A stretch of DNA of 40,327 nucleotides from Acidimicrobiia bacterium (GTDB lineage: Bacteria; Actinomycetota; Acidimicrobiia; Spongiisociales; ZC4RG35), in contig JASFVB010000002.1 of assembly GCA_050050035.1 (NCBI GenBank), positions 1 to 40,327 on the forward strand, read 5' to 3'. Within the stretch, counting starts at the first letter, position 1. Every line of letters starts with the position of its first letter. The notes below the pieces were generated by a model that was given only the letters and a program-made list of their open reading frames with translations, was not told the origin of the DNA and made no database searches. Below, piece by piece: positions 8,626-17,816 of this stretch. The position numbers and the translations under genes are program-made.

Positions 8626-9831
8626 CTAGCGCCCGATGTCGATATTGCCGAGATCGACATGGGCATCGAGGAACACGGTGCCGTCCTCGCCCGGTGTGTC
8701 CCAGTCGAGGGTTGGGTTGCCAAGACCGCCGGTGGATCGCCCCGGCTCGGAGACCATGCCGATGTCGACACTTGCCGAACCGACTATGCCCACGCCAACG
8801 GGGACGAACACCTCGAGGTTGCCGGCGTCGACGCTGGCATCGATGACGACCTCCTGACCATCCCAGGGCAGGGAGCGGAGATCGATTGTCAGCTCGCCGA
8901 CATCGATGGCGTATTGCGTCTCCAACTCCGTGAAGCTGGCCGGGCGAATCGTTTGATCGAAGTCATCGGAGCTCCAGTCGTATTCGAAGACCGGCGAGAA
9001 GACCAGTGTCGGCACGAGAATCGCTCCGACGAGGATCAGCCAGCGGGCCCGGCCTGCCACCGACCCAACCAGCAAGCCGACCCCGAGGATCGTCACCGAC
9101 AAGGCCACGTAGTGTCTGGGATGGGCCTCGATGGGCAGAGACTCGATGTTGTCGAGAATCGCCAGCACTCCGAGGCCGAGCATGACGAAACCGACCGTCA
9201 GACGACCCAGGATCGAGCTCTCACGCGTTCTCGCCGGCGGGAGCTCGGGCGGCGACGATGCGGGAGGTGGCGGAGGCTGTGGAGGTGACGGTATCCCGCC
9301 TGCGGGGGAGTCGCCCGCGGGTGTCTTCTCCATGTCGGTTGTGGTTGTCTGCGTGGATGTCATTCGTTGAACTCCCTCCTTTGACTCCGGGCTGTCGTCG
9401 GCCTTCGACTCGCCGGGCAGGTACCCGAGGTAGAGGAGTAGGCCGATGACGAGGAGCGCGGCGGCCCAGATGACCTCACCGGAGAGGATCGTGAAGTTGG
9501 ACAACACGATGATCCCGGCGATCACGATGAAGCCGATCCCGATCCACGAGCGGGAGCTCGAGGCTCCACCGAAGAATCTCTCTGCGGGCGACTCGGTCTC
9601 GTCCTCGGATCGAATGAATGCCCATCCGGCCGCGTAGAGCACGACACCAAACCCTCCGAAGAACGCCGTGACCACGAAGAAGACCCTGACGATCCAATCC
9701 GCGATCCCGAAGTTGTCGGCCACGCCCTTGGCGACGCCGGCGAGTATTCGACCCTCGCGAGGTCGTATCAGCTGTTTGCTGCGTTGCTGCCACCCGGACT
9801 GGTCCTTGGTGGCACCTTCTGTCTGTTCCAT
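8626..9831 (-). CDS. PspC-domain membrane protein with a C-terminal LiaF-like/beta-rich domain
   Basis: N-terminal PspC signature RPREGRILAGVAKGVADNFGIADWIVRVFFVV, several TM segments, a Pro-rich linker and a C-terminal repetitive beta region. Confidence 0.8.
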   Translation of the reverse strand: MEQTEGATKDQSGWQQRSKQLIRPREGRILAGVAKGVADNFGIADWIVRVFFVVTAFFGGFGVVLYAAGWAFIRSEDETESPAERFFGGASSSRSWIGIGFIVIAGIIVLSNFTILSGEVIWAAALLVIGLLLYLGYLPGESKADDSPESKEGVQRMTSTQTTTTDMEKTPAGDSPAGGIPSPPQPPPPPASSPPELPPARTRESSILGRLTVGFVMLGLGVLAILDNIESLPIEAHPRHYVALSVTILGVGLLVGSVAGRARWLILVGAILVPTLVFSPVFEYDWSSDDFDQTIRPASFTELETQYAIDVGELTIDLRSLPWDGQEVVIDASVDAGNLEVFVPVGVGIVGSASVDIGMVSEPGRSTGGLGNPTLDWDTPGEDGTVFLDAHVDLGNIDIGR

Positions 9832-9951
9832 GATCTCGATTAGGCCACAGAGACCGTCAGATGTGAATCGGTGACGACCCTGAACTCACCCTGAGTCGGG
9901 TCAGGGGGGTTCCCCATTGTCGTTTGTGCCGGATGAAGGCATCATTCGCAT

Positions 9952-11118
9952 GTGAGCTCGGTCACACGCGCCCGCGCCTTCTATCCGCATCGGCGGAGAA
10001 CCGATCGCGTCATCGCCGGTGTTGCGGGCGGCATCTCCGACGAGTTGGGCGTCCGAGACGGCTATGTGCGGGCGGCTTTTCTCACCCTCACCGTTGTCTG
10101 GGGTCTGGGCGTCGTCCTCTATTTGCTCTATTGGCTCATCACTTTCGAGCGCGTGGACGACGTCGAGGTGATTGAGGTCGACAATCGGGAGGCTGCCGGT
10201 CTCGGGCTGGCCTTCATGGGCTTTCTATTCATGCTCGGGGCATTGGGGGCCTGGCCCCACCCCTTTCTCGTCCTGACCGCCTTCACGCTCTCGTTCGGCA
10301 CGGCTGCAATCACCGATCCTGCCAGCCCGGGCCCCTTTGCCGCGCTCATGAACCCGGCTGTCGAGAAGGTGAGTCGCGTGCGCCTGCTCTTGGGTGCTGC
10401 GCTTCTCGTGGCGGGGATCATCATGTTCTCGACGGCGGTGGGCCAGGTCTTCGAGGGCGGAGTCGTGTTCCTGGCCATCTTCCTCACCGGTCTTGGCGTC
10501 ACGATTGCGTTCGGGCCTTGGGTGCGGCGTCTGCTCACCGACCTCAGCGCGGAACGGAACGAGCGAATCAGACAAGAGGAGCGAGCCGAGGTCGCTGCTC
10601 ACCTCCACGATTCGGTGCTGCAAACGCTGGCACTCATTCAACGTGCCGACGATCCGCACCGAATGGCCATCCTGGCTCGCCATCAGGAATCCGAGTTGCG
10701 GGACTGGCTGTACGGGACGGTCCCTCTCGAGGGCGTCGACCTCGTATCGACCGCTCTCAAACGGGCGGCTACGAAGGTCGAGAAGGACTTCCAGATACCG
10801 ATTGACGTTGTCACTGTCGGGGACCAACCGATTGGTGATCGTGAGAGGGCCCTCGTGGCCGCGGCAACCGAGGCCCTGGTGAATGCGGCCAAGCACTCTG
10901 GTGCGGGGCGAATGTCGCTGTACGCAGAGGCAGACGAAGACATGCTCGAGGTGATCGTCACCGACCAGGGCAAGGGCTTCGACGCAGACGCCGTCCCGAC
11001 CGATCGCAAAGGCATCTCCGAGTCGATCCGCAGCCGGATGGAGAGGGTCGGCGGTACCGTTGCCATCGTGAGCGAGCCGGGCGTGGGGACCGAAGTGATG
11101 CTCGAGATCCCGACATGA
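9952..11118 (+). CDS. Sensor histidine kinase with an N-terminal PspC domain (HisKA_3 / HATPase_c, LiaS-like)
   Basis: PspC signature RRTDRVIAGVAGGISDELGV, TM segments, H-box AAHLHDSVLQTL, N-box ALVNAAKHS and G-box DQGKGF. GTG start. Confidence 0.85.
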   Translation: MSSVTRARAFYPHRRRTDRVIAGVAGGISDELGVRDGYVRAAFLTLTVVWGLGVVLYLLYWLITFERVDDVEVIEVDNREAAGLGLAFMGFLFMLGALGAWPHPFLVLTAFTLSFGTAAITDPASPGPFAALMNPAVEKVSRVRLLLGAALLVAGIIMFSTAVGQVFEGGVVFLAIFLTGLGVTIAFGPWVRRLLTDLSAERNERIRQEERAEVAAHLHDSVLQTLALIQRADDPHRMAILARHQESELRDWLYGTVPLEGVDLVSTALKRAATKVEKDFQIPIDVVTVGDQPIGDRERALVAAATEALVNAAKHSGAGRMSLYAEADEDMLEVIVTDQGKGFDADAVPTDRKGISESIRSRMERVGGTVAIVSEPGVGTEVMLEIPT

Positions 11119-11750
11119 CTGTCAAGCTCTATTTGGTGGACGACCATCGGCTCTTCCTGTCGGGTGTGAAGGCGGAGCTAGACGAGGAATTCCGGATCGT
11201 CGGCACCGCGTACGACGTCGATACGGCCATCGAGGAGATCCGTGGCTACGACCCCGATGTGGTGCTTGTCGACGTGCACATGCCGGACGGCGGCGGGATT
11301 GCCGTCGTGGAGGGTGTGGGTGAGACCAACCCGGACGTGAGGTTCCTGGCTCTCTCTGTCTCCGACCAGGCCGAGGATGTGATCGCCATGATCCGGGCCG
11401 GTGCGCGCGGCTACGTGACGAAGACGATCGACCCGGCTGACCTGTCCGATGCCATCAGACGTGTAAACGCGGGGGATGCCGTCTTCTCCCCGCGTCTCGC
11501 CGGCTTCGTCCTCGATGCATTCGCAGGTGCGATTCCGTCCGACGACGACCCAGAGCTGGACCAGCTGACGTCACGTGAGAAGGATGTGCTTCGACTCATC
11601 GCACGCGGCTTTGCGTACAAGCAGGTCGCGCGCAAGCTCAACATCTCCATCAAGACGGTGGAGACTCACGTTTCCTCGGTTCTGCGGAAGCTCCAACTGT
11701 CGAACCGGCATGAGTTGGCTCGCTGGGCCAGCAAACGTCGAATCGTCTGA
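11115..11750 (+). CDS. NarL/LuxR-family response regulator (REC + HTH)
   Basis: DDH...D (VLVDVHMPDG) receiver motifs and a C-terminal LTSREKDVLRLIARGFAYKQVARKLNISIKTVETHV. ATGA overlap with the kinase stop. Confidence 0.9.
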   Translation: MTVKLYLVDDHRLFLSGVKAELDEEFRIVGTAYDVDTAIEEIRGYDPDVVLVDVHMPDGGGIAVVEGVGETNPDVRFLALSVSDQAEDVIAMIRAGARGYVTKTIDPADLSDAIRRVNAGDAVFSPRLAGFVLDAFAGAIPSDDDPELDQLTSREKDVLRLIARGFAYKQVARKLNISIKTVETHVSSVLRKLQLSNRHELARWASKRRIV

Positions 11751-11751
11751 G

Positions 11752-12678
11752 ATGGCCCGCGAGATAACCAGGGCCGACATAGCAGCAGCGGCAGAGCGGA
11801 TTGCGGGTCTGGTGCGGCGAACACCGACGATCGACCTGGGTAATGCCCTATCCGGCGAATGGGAGTTGATGCTCAAGCTCGAGCAACTCCAGGTCACGGG
11901 CTCCTTCAAACCGAGAGGTGCCTTCGCGATGTTGCGTTCAGTTGAGATCCCGGAGGGCGGGGTCGTCGCTGCGTCCGGAGGCAACTTCGGAGCCGCGGTG
12001 GCCTATGCCGCAGCGAGCCTTGGCTGTCTCGCAACGATATTCGTCCCGGAGTCGTCTCCACAGGAGAAGATCAATCGGGTTGTCGACCTCGGCGCCGACG
12101 TCAGGGTCGTCCCCGGGTTCTACGACGAGGCACTAGCGGAAGCCAAGACTCATGTCGCCCAGACCGGGGCCCTCGAGGCTCACGCATACGACCAGCCGGA
12201 GGTCATGGCGGGCCAGGGGACCATCGGCCGGGAGATCTCAGAGGAGTGCGAAGCGGACCATGTAGTCGTGGCCGTGGGTGGAGGTGGGCTGATCGGGGGG
12301 ATCGCCAGTTGGGCTCGCGACGAAATGACCGTCGTCGCCGCCGAGCCCGTGCTCTGTCGAAGTCTCAATGCCTCACTGAAGGCAGGTCGGCAGGTCGAGG
12401 TCGACGTTGGCGGAGTGGCTGCGTCGTCTCTCGGCGCGCGATCTGTCGGTGATCATCCTTGGGCGGCGAGACGGTGGATCGATCACTCGGTCGTTGTCGA
12501 AGACTCGGCGATCTCCGCCGCGCAAAGCTGGCTGTGGAGTGAGCTGAGGCTCCTCGTCGAACCCGCAGCTGCGACGACTATCGCCGTCTTGGCCACGGGC
12601 GCATTCGTTCCCCCACGAGGCTCCCGCGTCGTCGCCGTCTTGTCCGGCGGGAACGTGAGCCCTGCCGAGGTGATGTGA
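11752..12678 (+). CDS. PLP-dependent serine/threonine dehydratase family enzyme
   Basis: From MAREITRADI the translation has the PLP-lysine motif LQVTGSFKPRGA and a GGGGLIGG loop. The track ORF start at 11575 lies inside the regulator gene in another frame. ATG 11752 follows the regulator stop by 1 nt. Confidence 0.8.
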   Translation: MAREITRADIAAAAERIAGLVRRTPTIDLGNALSGEWELMLKLEQLQVTGSFKPRGAFAMLRSVEIPEGGVVAASGGNFGAAVAYAAASLGCLATIFVPESSPQEKINRVVDLGADVRVVPGFYDEALAEAKTHVAQTGALEAHAYDQPEVMAGQGTIGREISEECEADHVVVAVGGGGLIGGIASWARDEMTVVAAEPVLCRSLNASLKAGRQVEVDVGGVAASSLGARSVGDHPWAARRWIDHSVVVEDSAISAAQSWLWSELRLLVEPAAATTIAVLATGAFVPPRGSRVVAVLSGGNVSPAEVM

Positions 12679-12717
12679 ATCCTTGGCCGTGGTGATGGCC
12701 GGGGCCATACTCGCCGA

Positions 12718-13620
12718 GTGGTGATACAGCTCCTCAGGTATGTGGCCGGTGGGTTCTTCATGGGGGCGGCCGATCTGGTGCCCGGTGTGTCTGGTGGGAC
12801 GATCGCGCTGGTGCTGGGGCTCTATGAGAGGCTGGTCGACTCCATCAGGGAAGGCAGTTCGGCGCTGGGCAGTCTGCTCACGGGCAAGCGAGCCGATTCG
12901 CTGGCACACCTGAAGACGGTCGAATGGCGGCTGCTCGTCCCGCTGTTGGCAGGCATCGGCCTGGCCATCGTCAGCCTCTCGCGAGTACTTGGCGCTCAGC
13001 TCGACTCGAACCCAACCGTCATGGCCGGCGGATTCTTCGGTCTCGTGGTCGGTTCGATACTCATCGCGTGGCGTCTCGTGAAGGAGCCTGCTTGGCTCCA
13101 CGGTCTGATCGCAGTACTGGTGGGGGTGGCGATGTTCGTCGTACTGGGTCTTGGTGAGGAGGCCTCGATCGACAGTCCGTCGCTGTGGCTGTTTGCCGGT
13201 GCAGGGGCCCTGGCGGTGTGCGCCATGATCCTCCCGGGGATCTCGGGCTCATTGATCCTCCTGCTGATCGGGATGTACTCCGCAGTCCTCGGGGCCGTGA
13301 ACGAGCGCGACCTCGTCGCCGTGGGAGTCTTCGCCGCCGGCGCCATCGTTGGCCTTGCCTTGTTCTCTCAACTCCTGCATTGGGCGCTCGAGCAACACCA
13401 CGACGTCGTGCTGGCAGGGCTCATCGGCCTGATGGCCGGCTCACTTCGGGTCCTATGGCCGTGGCCAGGTGGTGTGGACAGCTCAGCTCTCGGAGCCCCG
13501 GCCGACGATCTCGGCGTCGTGGTGATCGCTGGTGCTGTCGGGCTCGGGCTGGTGTATGTCATCTCGCGACTTGCGCCGGCCGCCGAGGATGACGTCAGCG
13601 TGCCGCTGCAACCTGCGTGA
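12718..13620 (+). CDS. DUF368-family membrane protein
   Basis: GAADLVPGVSGGTIALVLGLYERL, repeated as LPGISGSLILLLIGMY, with multiple TM segments. Confidence 0.8.
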   Translation: MVIQLLRYVAGGFFMGAADLVPGVSGGTIALVLGLYERLVDSIREGSSALGSLLTGKRADSLAHLKTVEWRLLVPLLAGIGLAIVSLSRVLGAQLDSNPTVMAGGFFGLVVGSILIAWRLVKEPAWLHGLIAVLVGVAMFVVLGLGEEASIDSPSLWLFAGAGALAVCAMILPGISGSLILLLIGMYSAVLGAVNERDLVAVGVFAAGAIVGLALFSQLLHWALEQHHDVVLAGLIGLMAGSLRVLWPWPGGVDSSALGAPADDLGVVVIAGAVGLGLVYVISRLAPAAEDDVSVPLQPA

Positions 13621-14572
13621 CAGGCCCTTCCACCAGATGGTGATGGAGACGGCTCCATACGTCTGAGCGCGCCAGCGTTCGCTTCATGGAAATGAGTGTT
13701 CTCGTGAACGTGGCGACGGCGCGAGAAGAGTCCATCGGGTTGGGACGCATGGCGTTTTGAACCGACGGTGACGGGCTCAACGTCACAACGTCGCAGTGCG
13801 GCCACGCTTCCTTGATCATCTCGATCTCATGGGTCAGGGAGCGGATGCCGACACGATCGAACATCTTCTCGTGGAACAACGCCCGCTGTCGATTCACCTC
13901 CGCAGCCATCGGTGCGATGACAAGGACCAAGTCGAGACTCTCCGGATGACCGAGGACCACGTCGGCGTGAGTCCCGGAGGACACTCCGCCGTCGACGTAC
14001 AGCGTGTCGCCGATCGGGTACGGGCGGAAGATGAGTGGCACCGCCGACGAAGCTGCCACCGCATCCGCCAGCGAGACCGTGGGGGCCTCGTCGGTGCCGA
14101 AGGAGGCCCGCGTGCCCGACGTCATGTCGTAGGCAATGATGGCCGTTGGCTTGACCGGCCACGAGTCAGCGGCTCTCTCGCCGATGTGGTGGGTGACCCA
14201 TTCGCCAATTCCCACGGCCGAGTAAGGCGCCGGCGAGCCGAGGAACAACGTGAGACCAGGACGTTTGACACCAGGCACGATGCCGTATCGCACCCACTTG
14301 CGCACGCCGACTCTGTTCCCCTTGGTGTACACGTGGCTGCGGATGCGCTCGGCGACGTCCTCGCGGTCGTCGTCATGGAGCACGAGCGAGTCCAACGTCA
14401 GTGCGTGATTGCGGACGAGCGCGCTGACGAATGCCCCGGATGACGTGCCAACGACCACGTCGGCATCGTCGGGGTCCCAGCCGGTGGCTAAGCGGATCGA
14501 CATGAGTGCCGCCATCTCATAGGCGGCCCCGGTGATCCCACCCCCGCCGAGCACGAGTCCTACCCTGCTCAC
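13595..14572 (-). CDS. Patatin-like phospholipase
   Basis: GGGGITG oxyanion motif, GTSSG nucleophile elbow and a DGG catalytic Asp motif. Confidence 0.85.
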   Translation of the reverse strand: MSRVGLVLGGGGITGAAYEMAALMSIRLATGWDPDDADVVVGTSSGAFVSALVRNHALTLDSLVLHDDDREDVAERIRSHVYTKGNRVGVRKWVRYGIVPGVKRPGLTLFLGSPAPYSAVGIGEWVTHHIGERAADSWPVKPTAIIAYDMTSGTRASFGTDEAPTVSLADAVAASSAVPLIFRPYPIGDTLYVDGGVSSGTHADVVLGHPESLDLVLVIAPMAAEVNRQRALFHEKMFDRVGIRSLTHEIEMIKEAWPHCDVVTLSPSPSVQNAMRPNPMDSSRAVATFTRTLISMKRTLARSDVWSRLHHHLVEGPVTQVAAAR

Positions 14573-14688
14573 AGGGACAACCCTAAATGCGAACGAAGCG
14601 TTACGTTCGGCTTACACCGAGGTGTCGAAGACCGGCCATCGACACATCCATTGACAGGGCAACGGGATGGGTGACGTCAGAGAATGTC

Positions 14689-14898
14689 TCAGCCGAAGGC
14701 TCTGCCACAACCCCCGCAGCGACGGTCGCTCTCGTGAGTGGGGGCATAGCACCAGGGGCAAGGGAGGTCATCGGTCCGATCATCGGCTTTGGAGGTCACC
14801 AGATCGTGATGGGCTCGAAAACGGTGGCCGCCCCCGAACCCTTTGGCGAGCACCACCAAACCGGCCATCGCCGCAGCCACCACGAATGTCTCAAACAA
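14689..14898 (-). CDS. Possible small membrane-anchored zinc-ribbon protein
   Basis: 69 aa with an N-terminal hydrophobic helix and a CPWC-x(11)-CGGC motif. It sits co-directionally between the APH-fold and patatin genes. No homology known to me. Confidence 0.3.
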   Translation of the reverse strand: MFETFVVAAAMAGLVVLAKGFGGGHRFRAHHDLVTSKADDRTDDLPCPWCYAPTHESDRRCGGCGRAFG

Positions 14899-14972
14899 TG
14901 TCCGCTACTCCTTGCCAGAGCTGTGGACAGGCTAAGAGACCCCTGTGGAAAACTCGTGGATTTCGAGCTGCG

Positions 14973-15803
14973 CTACGTCCCCATCACGGCTTCGGTCAGA
15001 TCGGCCACGAGGTAGTGGAGATCGCCCAACCTGCCCTGCCGCACCTCGGCCGCGTCCAGCATCATCATTGCGGAGTGATACGCCACCCAGGAGCGATATC
15101 TGCTCTCGGGAAGCTCGGCGCCATAACCCTTGCGAAACGCGGCGGCGGCGTCCTCACCGTGGTTGACCGCAAACTGCCAGACGGCGAGAGTGAGGTCCCA
15201 TTCGGGCGGGCCCAGGGTCGCCCACTCCCAGCCAACGAGGGTCACATCCCCCTCCTCGCTGACAACGAATTTCGAGGGCGTTGGCCGAGTGTGTGACGGC
15301 ACCGGGTCGGTCGCCAGTGGGGGCTCGATGTCGAGCGCTCGATCGAGGACGATTTGTTGCATCCCAAAGCGACGTCTGAACCGGCCCAGTCGTTCGATCG
15401 TCGAGCGGTAGTGGCTCTTGACATAGTCGCTGTCGATCCCGACCACGAGATTGGTTATGTCGGCCTGGGCGGAGTGGACATTGCGGAGTGTTCGACCCGC
15501 CTTCTCCACCACCTCGAGGTTCTTTGGGAGCGTTGAGAGATTCCAACTGCCACCGTCGGACATCTTCATCCAGGCGAGGTCGCCATCGATCCCATGGTTG
15601 AGGATGGTCGGCAATCCCTCGACGCCGGACAGCGCCTCGAGTGCGTGCCGTTCGCGCTTCTCCCGAGACGGGACACCGTAGATCTTGACGATGGAGTTCT
15701 CGGTCTCGTTCTCTGTGATGCGAAAGACGTGATTGGCTCCCGAAGCGAGCTCTCTTATGCGCGCCGACGGGTAGAGCTGTTCGACGAGTCCCCTTGCATT
15801 CAT
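14973..15803 (-). CDS. Aminoglycoside/choline-kinase-fold (APH family) protein, with catalytic residues apparently substituted
   Basis: The overall APH pattern is present (IVKIY lysine strand, ...H-x-x-x-x-x-x-x-F, then xGWEWAxLGPPEWDL). The usual HGD...N and IDWE Asp positions read HTR...K and VGWE instead. Confidence 0.75.
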   Translation of the reverse strand: MNARGLVEQLYPSARIRELASGANHVFRITENETENSIVKIYGVPSREKRERHALEALSGVEGLPTILNHGIDGDLAWMKMSDGGSWNLSTLPKNLEVVEKAGRTLRNVHSAQADITNLVVGIDSDYVKSHYRSTIERLGRFRRRFGMQQIVLDRALDIEPPLATDPVPSHTRPTPSKFVVSEEGDVTLVGWEWATLGPPEWDLTLAVWQFAVNHGEDAAAAFRKGYGAELPESRYRSWVAYHSAMMMLDAAEVRQGRLGDLHYLVADLTEAVMGT

Positions 15804-15890
15804 GCCTTGTTCACCTGGTTAGTCAAAGGTGGCGACTGAGGGAGGCCGCCGAGTTACCCTGCCGCAGGCTAGCTAGACACAGGCTCATAC

Positions 15891-17816
15891 GTGGATCTTC
15901 GATTGCCCGACAACACAATTCTCACCCACGACGAGGGCGCGACCGGACTCGAGGTCGCCGAGTCCATCGGACCCGGGCTGGCAAGGGCCGCGGTGGCGGT
16001 GAAGGTGAACGGTGTGCAGATGGATTTGTCGACTCCCATCACAGGGGGTGGGGACTTCGAGGTGCTCACCCTGGACTCGCCGGAGGGGCTTCACATACTG
16101 AGGCACTCCGCTGCACACGTGCTGGCTCAAGCCGTCCTGGACCTGTACGAAGAGGCGACATTCGCCATTGGGCCACCCATCGAAGACGGCTTCTACTACG
16201 ACTTCGAAGTCGGCGATCCTTTCACCCCTGACGACCTGGACAGGATCGAGACGCGCATGCGGGAGATCGTCGGCGAAGACCAGCCTTTCGAGCGTGTCGC
16301 CATGAGCAAGGACGAAGCCCTGGACGTGTTTGCCGACCACAAGTTCAAAGTCGAGATCATCGAGGACGTGGACCCTTCGGAGGTGAGCGGTGGCGACGAG
16401 GTGACCGCGTATCGAAACGACGGCTTCATCGACCTCTGCCGCGGACCGCATCTGCCGTCGACGGGGCGGATCCCCGCTTTCAGGATCCTGCGTAGCTCGG
16501 GCGCATACTGGCGAGGTGATCAGGACCGGGAGCAGTTGCAGCGGATCTATGGAACGGCGTGGACCACGAAGAAGGAGCTCACCGACTACCTGAGGCGTCT
16601 CGAGGAGGCCGAGGAGAGAGACCACCGCAAGCTGGGTCCCGAGCTGGACCTCTACAGCTTCCCCGAGGATCTCGGATCCGGCCTTGTGATCTGGCACCCC
16701 AAGGGAGGTCAGCTACGCAAGATCATGGAGGACCACAGTCGGGCCCTTCACGAGCGTTTCGGTTTCGATTTCGTGGTGACCCCGCACGTGGCAAAAGCCG
16801 AGCTGTGGGAGACGTCGGGCCATCTCGACTACTACGCGGAGAACATGTACCCGCTCATGCAACATGGCGACGACCCCGCATATGTGGTCAAGCCGATGAA
16901 CTGCCCGGGCCACATACTCATCTATCAGAGTCGGTCGCGCTCCTATCGGGACCTGCCGTTGCGGTACGGGGAGTTGGGAGGGGTGTATCGCTACGAGAAG
17001 TCAGGCGTGGTCCATGGTCTGTTGCGGGCCAGGGGCTTCACTCAGGATGACTCACATGTCTTCTGCACCGAGGATCAGCTCGAGGACGAGCTGAAGCTGC
17101 ATCTCGACTTCGTTCTGACCTGGCTCAAGGACTTTGGGTTCACCGACTTCGAGGCCGACTTGAGCACCAAGCCCGAGAAGTCGGTAGGTGAGGCCAGTCG
17201 CTGGGAGATCAGCCAGAGGTATCTGGCGAACACGCTCGAGGACTCCGACATCCCGTATCGCGTCGCAGAAGGTGAAGGCGCCTTCTACGGGCCGAAGATA
17301 GATGTGCACGTCAAGGATGCCATCGGGAGGCGCTGGCAGCTGTCGACCATCCAGCTCGACTTCAACGAACCGGAGCGCTTTCAACTGGAGTACACAACCG
17401 CGGCCAACGTCGGGGAGCGCCCGTACATGATCCACTGCGCCAAGGCCGGTTCGATGGAGCGATTCACCGGTGTCCTGGTGGAGCACTATGCCGGCGCTTT
17501 CCCGATGTGGCTTGCACCGATCCAGGTCTCGGTCGTGCCGGTGGCTGCTCGCCATGACGAGTACGCCGGTGACGTCAGGCGAAGGCTGGCCGACGCCGGG
17601 CTCCGGGCGGAGGTCGATCTCTCCAATGAGACGGTTGGAGACAAGATCCGCCGTGCCCTGACCCAGAAGTACCCGGCGGTCGTGGTGGTGGGTGACGACG
17701 ACGTCGCCAACGCGACGGTGGGTCTGCGATTCTACGGTGAAGACGAAGACACGAGGGATGTGCCGCTCATCGAAGCCACCAACCGGCTCTCCGAAATGGC
17801 GCAGAGACCGTCATGA
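15891..17816 (+). CDS. thrS: Threonine--tRNA ligase
   Basis: TGS domain at the N-terminus, second additional domain HSAAHVLAQA, class II motifs (YRDLPLRYGELG, FTQDDSHVF, MIHCA) and a C-terminal anticodon-binding domain. Confidence 0.95.
   Translation: MDLRLPDNTILTHDEGATGLEVAESIGPGLARAAVAVKVNGVQMDLSTPITGGGDFEVLTLDSPEGLHILRHSAAHVLAQAVLDLYEEATFAIGPPIEDGFYYDFEVGDPFTPDDLDRIETRMREIVGEDQPFERVAMSKDEALDVFADHKFKVEIIEDVDPSEVSGGDEVTAYRNDGFIDLCRGPHLPSTGRIPAFRILRSSGAYWRGDQDREQLQRIYGTAWTTKKELTDYLRRLEEAEERDHRKLGPELDLYSFPEDLGSGLVIWHPKGGQLRKIMEDHSRALHERFGFDFVVTPHVAKAELWETSGHLDYYAENMYPLMQHGDDPAYVVKPMNCPGHILIYQSRSRSYRDLPLRYGELGGVYRYEKSGVVHGLLRARGFTQDDSHVFCTEDQLEDELKLHLDFVLTWLKDFGFTDFEADLSTKPEKSVGEASRWEISQRYLANTLEDSDIPYRVAEGEGAFYGPKIDVHVKDAIGRRWQLSTIQLDFNEPERFQLEYTTAANVGERPYMIHCAKAGSMERFTGVLVEHYAGAFPMWLAPIQVSVVPVAARHDEYAGDVRRRLADAGLRAEVDLSNETVGDKIRRALTQKYPAVVVVGDDDVANATVGLRFYGEDEDTRDVPLIEATNRLSEMAQRPS

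Noticed and set aside
14598-14620. GAAC...GTTC-containing palindromes upstream of the patatin gene as a second SOS box.
   Set aside because: The spacing is wrong for LexA: the GAAC and GTTC halves are 10 nt apart or directly abutting, not N4. It is more likely a hairpin between genes.
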